Assembly: GCF_001194135.2 (NCBI RefSeq)
Contig: NC_068982.1
Span: 192,114,171-192,152,656 of the forward strand
DNA: 38,486 nt
Origin: Octopus bimaculoides
Lineage: Eukaryota
Direction of reading: 5' to 3'
The notes under the pieces are model-generated. The model saw nothing but the letters and a program-made list of their open reading frames with translations. It did no database searches and had not been told where the DNA came from. Position numbers and translations under genes: made by a program. Position 1 is the first letter of the stretch. Every line of letters begins with the position of its first letter. This document shows, one piece after another, positions 33,660-38,486 of this stretch.

Positions 33660-35340
33660 AATTTATCAGTAAAGTTCTTTTCTCTCAATTTCACTTGGAC
33701 TCTGTAGTTTGTAGAATGGAAATATTATAAATATTTTCCAACCACACAATGGTATCTGATGGACATCTGTGTCTCTAATTTGCTGTTGGTACACATGTGA
33801 ACATTCTGAGAGTGTGTTTCCACTCTGATTCACATAAAGTTCTTCACAATTTGGCCATTTGATGTAGTAAATTAAATTTCTGCTTTTGAAGTTCATATTT
33901 GCGTTTGTGAATATTTTTCCGGGTTTTGTGTCCATAGATTGGTCGGTATGCATGAATTGGCACGTGTCACATTGGCTGTCATTGCATTTAGATACAGTAA
34001 ATGATTGGTCTTTGTTGCTAAGGTCAAACTTTGTCTTTGTTAATAATTCTTTCAAGTTTTTAGGCTGTCTTTTACTAAGAACCATAGCTCGACCTGTGAT
34101 TCTATCTTTTAATTCACTACTTTGAGCAATGATTGATAGGTTTGCTTTGACAATGTTCAAGATATTCTGCTGACATGGGTTGTGTGTCACAATAAATGGT
34201 ATAACTTGTTCTTGTTTTCCTCATCTTTTGGGTTGTCCTCAGTTGTTGTGTGGGTATTTTTATAGCCTACTCTATGCCATTTCCCTTAAGTAGAGACAGG
34301 TATTTTTGTTTGAGCAGAAATTCTCTTAGTTCTATCAGGTATTTGTTCCTGATATTTGCATCTCCTACGATGGTACCAATTCTTCTAGTTAGGCAGTATG
34401 GGATGTTGCACTTTATATGTGGTGGATGGCACGACTTAAAATTCAGGTATTGATGTGTGTCCGTATGTTTATAGTACACATCTGTGGTAATGGTGGTGTC
34501 CTTTTTAATTACCATTATATCAAGGAATGGTAACTTGGTACTATTCATCTCCTTTGTAAGTTGGAGAGATAGGTGCAGGTTATTCAGGAGGATATTGTAC
34601 TCTTCCAAAGTACTTTGAGACTCTGTTCAGATTATGAAGCAGTCATCAACGTATCTCTTCCGTGCCTTTCCAATATACTTTCTCAATTCAGTTCTGTAGC
34701 TTTCCTCTACTTCTTGGTAGAGTTGTTCTTCTAAGTATCCCATCACAGAGTTCGTGTAAACAGGAGCAAACCTCATTCCCATCGCCATGGATGTAATTCT
34801 TTCCATTGAAGAATGTGTTGTTTTCCAGAATAAGTCTGACTGTGTCTAATACAAATGACACTGTGAATCTGTTGAGAATCACTTCTCTATGTTTTTCTCC
34901 CCAGTAACTAATCGCCTTTATTCCTAAATCATGTGGACATTGGTGTAAAGGCTTACCACATCAAAACTAAGTTAAAGTGAATTCGGTTCTGTTGTGTTGG
35001 AAAGATGGGACAGGAAGTTGATGTCATCCTGGATGAAAGTGGGTATGTAGGTACATAGTGGTTTCAAACGATTGTCAATAAAATTGATTAGACGGTGGGT
35101 AGGGCATGCTGGACCAGCTATAATACGTTTAAGCTTTAAGTCTTTTGCATATAGTAATTTTATGTACTCACTTTCTTGTTCTTTTACTGCATGTTGAATG
35201 TCTTTTGACTTATGTATTTTCGGTAAGCCAAAGAAGTTGCTGGGTTTTGGCTTGAAATTAGTGATGCAGTCTCTTTCATTATCGATAAATTGAAACCAAG
35301 TTGTTGATCTTCTTCAGGGTGTGGTGGTCTATATTTAAAG
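33660..35340 (-). mobile_element. Penelope-like retroelement relic (RT plus GIY-YIG endonuclease)
   Basis: Encodes RIIAGPACPTHRL, FDVVSLY, AMGTRFAP, RYVDDCFIIW, LPFLD..YYK.TDTHQYL..SCHP..IPY and a GIY-YIG-like SRNLIYYI..C.ELYV.Q segment, with frameshifts. Confidence 0.92.
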
Positions 35341-37324
35341 GTATTTCACAATAAAAGGTTGTGTCCTTCAGTTGGTCCTCAACCAAATCCTTGTAGTATT
35401 CGGCATCCATAACACTTGCACCCCCTTTATCTGCTTGTTTAATTATTATTCTTTGATTGTTTTGTATAAATATATATATATCTATGCTAACTTAAAAGCA
35501 GCCCTCCATGTGGGCTTTTTAGCTAGCTCCTGCAGAGGGTTAATTGGACCTTTGGCCCAAAACTGAAGAGAGTAATAATAATAAAGCATTTATTGGTACC
35601 CAACCATCCCAGATTTATATCACAGAGTACCACATTTGGAGATGCTGCTTTTCTCTCTCTTTTCCTAACACCTCTGGTCTTAGTACCTTTCCAAGGCATT
35701 TTCTATAAGAATAAGAAATAAAATGAAATTCCGCAATTCACACGATGGAACTTCAGAGACTCACATTAACTCTAAATCAGGCTGAAAGTCAGATGCAGCC
35801 AGAAGTTCAATGTGGCAGAAAGTCTGATCAATCTGGGCTGAAATTTCAACTCCTTCAATATTTCCTTCTGAACATTTCAATTCACAAACTCTACAGGACT
35901 TTGAAACCTCACAAACAGGAAATCTCTCACTCTAACTTGGATCTAGTTCTAAATGAACTGAATTTAAAATATTTCTTGAACTCACAAAGTTTTAATATTC
36001 AAAAAGTTTTCGTCAGTTTTCTGACAGACAGAATGTCATATTTATTATTATTATAGCTAAGGGAGATAACTCTTGTAAACCACTGGAAACCTCTCACTGT
36101 TGATTTACCTGCTAGAGATAGCAACCTAAATGCTCTGACATCAGATCCCAACGCTGGATGTCCAAGAACCAAATGAAAGGAAATTTTCCAATCCCAGGAT
36201 CATCCCGATTCTAAAAAGATGTAATATGTCTATGTAGAGCAAATGTAGACTGAGATACAGGGGTCCCAGGTGGACAGACAGAATTCCACTTTTATTATTA
36301 TTATATATATATATGTAAGGTAAACAAATGTAGGCTTGAGGTATATTATGATATGGAGCACAAAGTACTGATTAAAGAAAAAAAGAACAGTAGAATTATG
36401 TAGTCTTATCTCAACAGCTGTTTCAAGAGAGCCATCGTTTATGTGATAAACCTATTCACATGTGATATGTGATTGGTGTCGTAGGTGTGTGTGTCCTGTG
36501 ACACATCCAAATGAAATTGTGAAAATAAGTTAGGCATCCATTTTCAAGTGCAAGGTGGCAAAAGTGTATTTCCTAGCATTGTTTTTATAAATGTAAAATG
36601 AATAGAGTAGGGGTAAGAAGAAGTGGAGGGAGCAGTCGAAGAGATGGAGCAATAAAAGAGAGATATGAGATGAAGATACTACTAGAAAAAAAAAACAGAT
36701 GTAGAGATGATAAAGTTAATTAGCTGACTGAAGAAATATTGTTGTCAGTTCAAAATAGCCGGAAGACCTAAGTAGTTGTTCACAGACAAGAGAGGTGGAG
36801 GACAGAGCATTGTGGAAAATTAAACACTGTGGTAAGAGAGTAGTGAGGTAGTAAAAGAAAAAGATACAATGAATAAAAGATAATTTTAGCTAAAACAATG
36901 AGAAATTATAACGATTTTACATAATGAGCAAAGGCACTATAGAATTTGTATCTACAAGCAAAGATTACACCAGAGAACCAATTAAATAAAGAGGTCACAT
37001 TTTGACATAGCATAGTGAGTGACTCCCAACAACCTAAACTAATTTAGATGTGATTATTTGCATTGTAGGGGGGGTACCACAAATTATAGACCAGAAGGTA
37101 TAAGGTGTACCCTAGGTCTTGAGAGTCAGTGTATGTAGGTGGCAAAGAAAGATTATTTTGATGCTCCATTTCATTTAATTTTCCCACAATTTAATTGTTT
37201 TTCATACTGTACTCTAAGTTGAAAAAGTTGCAGTGACTGAAACTGGTACTAAAATGTTCTTCCTGATAAAATCGTTTTAGCATTTTCTACCTTGTCTTAT
37301 TTTCCTTTTGAACCTTCTATATAT

Positions 37325-37630
37325 CATCATCATCATCATCATTTAAAGTCCGTTTTCCATGCTGGCATGGGTTGGACGATTTGACTGAGGACTGGTGAAC
37401 CAGGTGGCTGCACCAGGCTCCAATCTGATTTGGCAGAGTTTCTACAGCTGGATGCCCTTCCTAAAGCCAACCACTCTGAGAGTGTAGTGGTTGCTTTTTA
37501 CGTGCCACCGGTACGAGGGCCAGTCCGGTGGTACTGGCAACAGCCATGCTCAAATGGTGTTTTTTACATGCCACCTGCACAGGAGTCAGTCCAATGTTTT
37601 ATTCACATGACACCAGCACACACATATATA
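37325..37630 (-). mobile_element. RTE 3' tail ending at a gap
   Basis: (CAT)n followed by tttaaagtccgttttccatgctggcatgggttggacg, nearly identical to the reverse complement of 11860-11945. Confidence 0.88.
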
Positions 37631-37792
37631 NNNNNNNNNNNNNNNNNNNNNNNNNNNNNNNNNNNNNNNNNNNNNNNNNNNNNNNNNNNNNNNNNNNNNN
37701 NNNNNNNNNNNNNNNNNNNNNNNNNNNNNNNNNNNNNNNNNNNNNNNNNNNNNNNNNATATATATATATATAATATCCATACACATGTCCTC

Positions 37793-38160
37793 TTAGTTGT
37801 TTCAGTCATTGGTTGTGGCCATGCTGGTGCATTGGCTTCAAGAGTTTTTAGTTAAACAAATCAACTTTCAAAAAGTACTCATTTTATTGATCAGTTTTGG
37901 TAATCAACAACATCACAAGTATGTGAGCATAAACAAACCAACACCAGTTGTCAGGTGGTGATAGCAAACACAGACACAAACACACATACAGAATGGGCTT
38001 CCACATAGTTTCCATCTGCCAAATCCACTCACAAGGTATAGGTTGGCCTGGGGCTACTGTAGAAGACACTTGCCCTGGGTGGCGTACAAAGGGGCTGAAC
38101 CCTAAACCACAAGGCTAAAAAGCAAGCTTCTTACTTCTTAACCACACAACCATGTCTGTA
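37793..38160 (-). mobile_element. SINE family 2, full copy
   Basis: Reverse complement of the 18.8-19.1 kb copy (gctactgtagaagacacttgccc, tggccatgctgg). Confidence 0.78.
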
Positions 38161-38442
38161 TACAAATGTCATGTGTGTGTGTTTGTGTGTGTGCATGTGC
38201 GCGTGCGTGCGTGTGTGTGTAGTAGAATAAAAAAAGAAAGTTCTTGGTACAGTATTATATATTTGCAACAATGCGTACAGATGGCTTTTTTGGGGGATAA
38301 TTTGTATTTTGATAATAATGTTGTCTACAGTGAGTGACTCTGGTATGAGAGTCGAGCTTGAAATAGCCGTTCTCAAACTGAACAATGTATGATTTACTGA
38401 TTATTTAAATAGCAAAACAAAATTTTCCTTACAAGTATACAC

Positions 38443-38446
<4 letters not shown>

Positions 38447-38486
<40 letters not shown>
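38447..38486. repeat. (AT)n microsatellite at window end
   Basis: Directly visible in the sequence. Confidence 0.95.

Noticed and set aside
35745-36056. 103 aa ORF
   Set aside because: No recognisable motif or splice context.

Overview
AT-rich, microsatellite-rich eukaryotic genomic window with seven assembly gaps. The repeat content (tRNA-derived SINEs, RTE tails ending in (ATG)n, piggyBac-like MITE) suggests an octopus or other cephalopod; this is inference. The only host gene is the 3' part of a spliced + strand fatty-acid transport protein / very-long-chain acyl-CoA synthetase (SLC27A/FATP family): seven coding exons between 2925 and 15049 with consistent splice phases, about 395 aa. The N-terminal exons are not visible. 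The rest is decayed mobile DNA: RTE, CR1-type and Penelope-like retroelements, mariner/Tc1 relics, two SINE families, a MITE and an unclassified ~200 bp repeat. The best novel signal is a type I hammerhead ribozyme with a complete core on the minus strand of a FATP intron (12165-12296). It has a palindromic helix III and an unusually long (97 nt) helix II arm. Other notable items are an in-frame FATP-exon/RTE read-through ORF and inverted RTE copies flanking two FATP exons.
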